NCBI GenBank assembly: GCA_964187785.1
Contig: OZ076416.1
Span: 56,048,001 to 56,112,000 of the forward strand
Length of the DNA stretch: 64,000 bases
Direction of reading: 5' to 3'
Source: Amphiscolops sp. MND2022
Taxonomy: Eukaryota
The notes below the pieces were generated by a model, which worked only from the letters and a program-made list of their open reading frames with translations, made no database searches and was not told where the DNA came from. Shown in pieces: positions 63,317-64,000 of this stretch. Within the stretch, counting starts at the first letter, position 1; every line of letters starts with the position of its first letter. The translations under genes were made by a program, and so were the position numbers.

Positions 63317-64000
63317 GCTTTGTCGTGTATCCTCCCGGAAGACTATGTTGATGCATCGTTTGAAAAGGCTCTGGATTTATGGTTGGCGAGGGCGAACCTG
63401 ACAGAAGCACCGTCGGACTCCATTCAAAAACATTGGACCTCTCCTCTGAGCGATGCTACTTTTGATCAACTTATTACAGACCTTGATGCGGAAATGTCAA
63501 AAGGCTGAATGCTTATCAAGACCCCTTTGGTTCAGCTTGGCTGAATGTTGTACCAAGCAAAAACCTCGGTCTGAAGTTGACAGATCAGCAACTGCGCATC
63601 TCCTTATCCCTCCGACTGGGTTCAAAAATTTGCGAGAAACACACTTGCCGCTGCGGTAAACTTGTCGAAGAGAACGGACATCATGGTCTTTCCTGTGCCA
63701 GAAGCGCGGAACGTTTCTCGAGGCACCACAACCTCAATACTCTCGTGAAACAGGCGCTGAGTTCCATCAAAGTTCCCTCAATTTTGGAACCATATGGTCT
63801 GACCCGAACAGATGGAAAGCGCCCAGAGGGAATTACCCTAGCGCCCTGGGAGGAAGGCAAGCAATTAGTCTGGGATGTTACTTGTGTCGATCTTCTTGCC
63901 CCCAGTAGAATAGAGAACGGGTCTGTTGCCAACCCAGGCACAGCAGTGGAGGATGCAGAGGAAATGGAAACGGCTAAGTACGTTTGTTTGACTGACAAAG
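63317..64000 (+). mobile_element. CRE/SLACS-like non-LTR retrotransposon, copy 3 (5'-truncated, continues past the right edge)
   Basis: AWLNVVPSKNLGLKLTDQQLRISLSLRLG, CRCGK...HGLSC (zinc finger), and LEPYGLTRTDGKRPEGITLAPWEEGKQLVWDVTCVD (PD-(D/E)XK endonuclease, with the PD read as PE). Confidence 0.92.

Noticed and set aside
63044-63410. Overlapping short ORFs before CRE copy 3
   Set aside because: No convincing motif in any frame.

Overview
AT-rich eukaryotic (metazoan) DNA, mostly decayed transposable elements. The repeat families resemble those I recall from acoel worm genomes such as Symsagittifera; that assignment is unverified. From left to right: a BEL/Pao LTR retrotransposon on the minus strand, running off the left edge (1-5455); a 2.13-kb solo LTR with a 5-bp TSD that carries a phased motif array and an ORF open to its terminus (6749-8878); a hAT-type MITE with an 8-bp TSD; a multi-exon host gene for a secreted, possibly ZP-domain protein, starting at 10453, whose introns contain Helentron/HINE-like repeats and a Gypsy element nested in a TA-flanked MITE; that Gypsy (15005-23987) with both LTRs, TSD, PBS, PPT and a 3.35-kb internal pol duplication; a 182-N gap; a very large decayed Gypsy (~28.3-46.3 kb) with a long pol extension, two accessory ORFs of unknown function and a 1164-bp tandem array; and then a graveyard of non-LTR elements (three CRE/SLACS-like copies, an I/Jockey-like LINE, a CR1/L2-like LINE with a PHD-finger ORF1) with nested short-motif MITEs. 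I found no rRNA, tRNA, CRISPR or prokaryotic operon. The best leads are the phased GATG-pair array in the solo LTR and the accessory ORFs of the giant Gypsy. I cannot show from sequence alone that any of this is an undescribed system.
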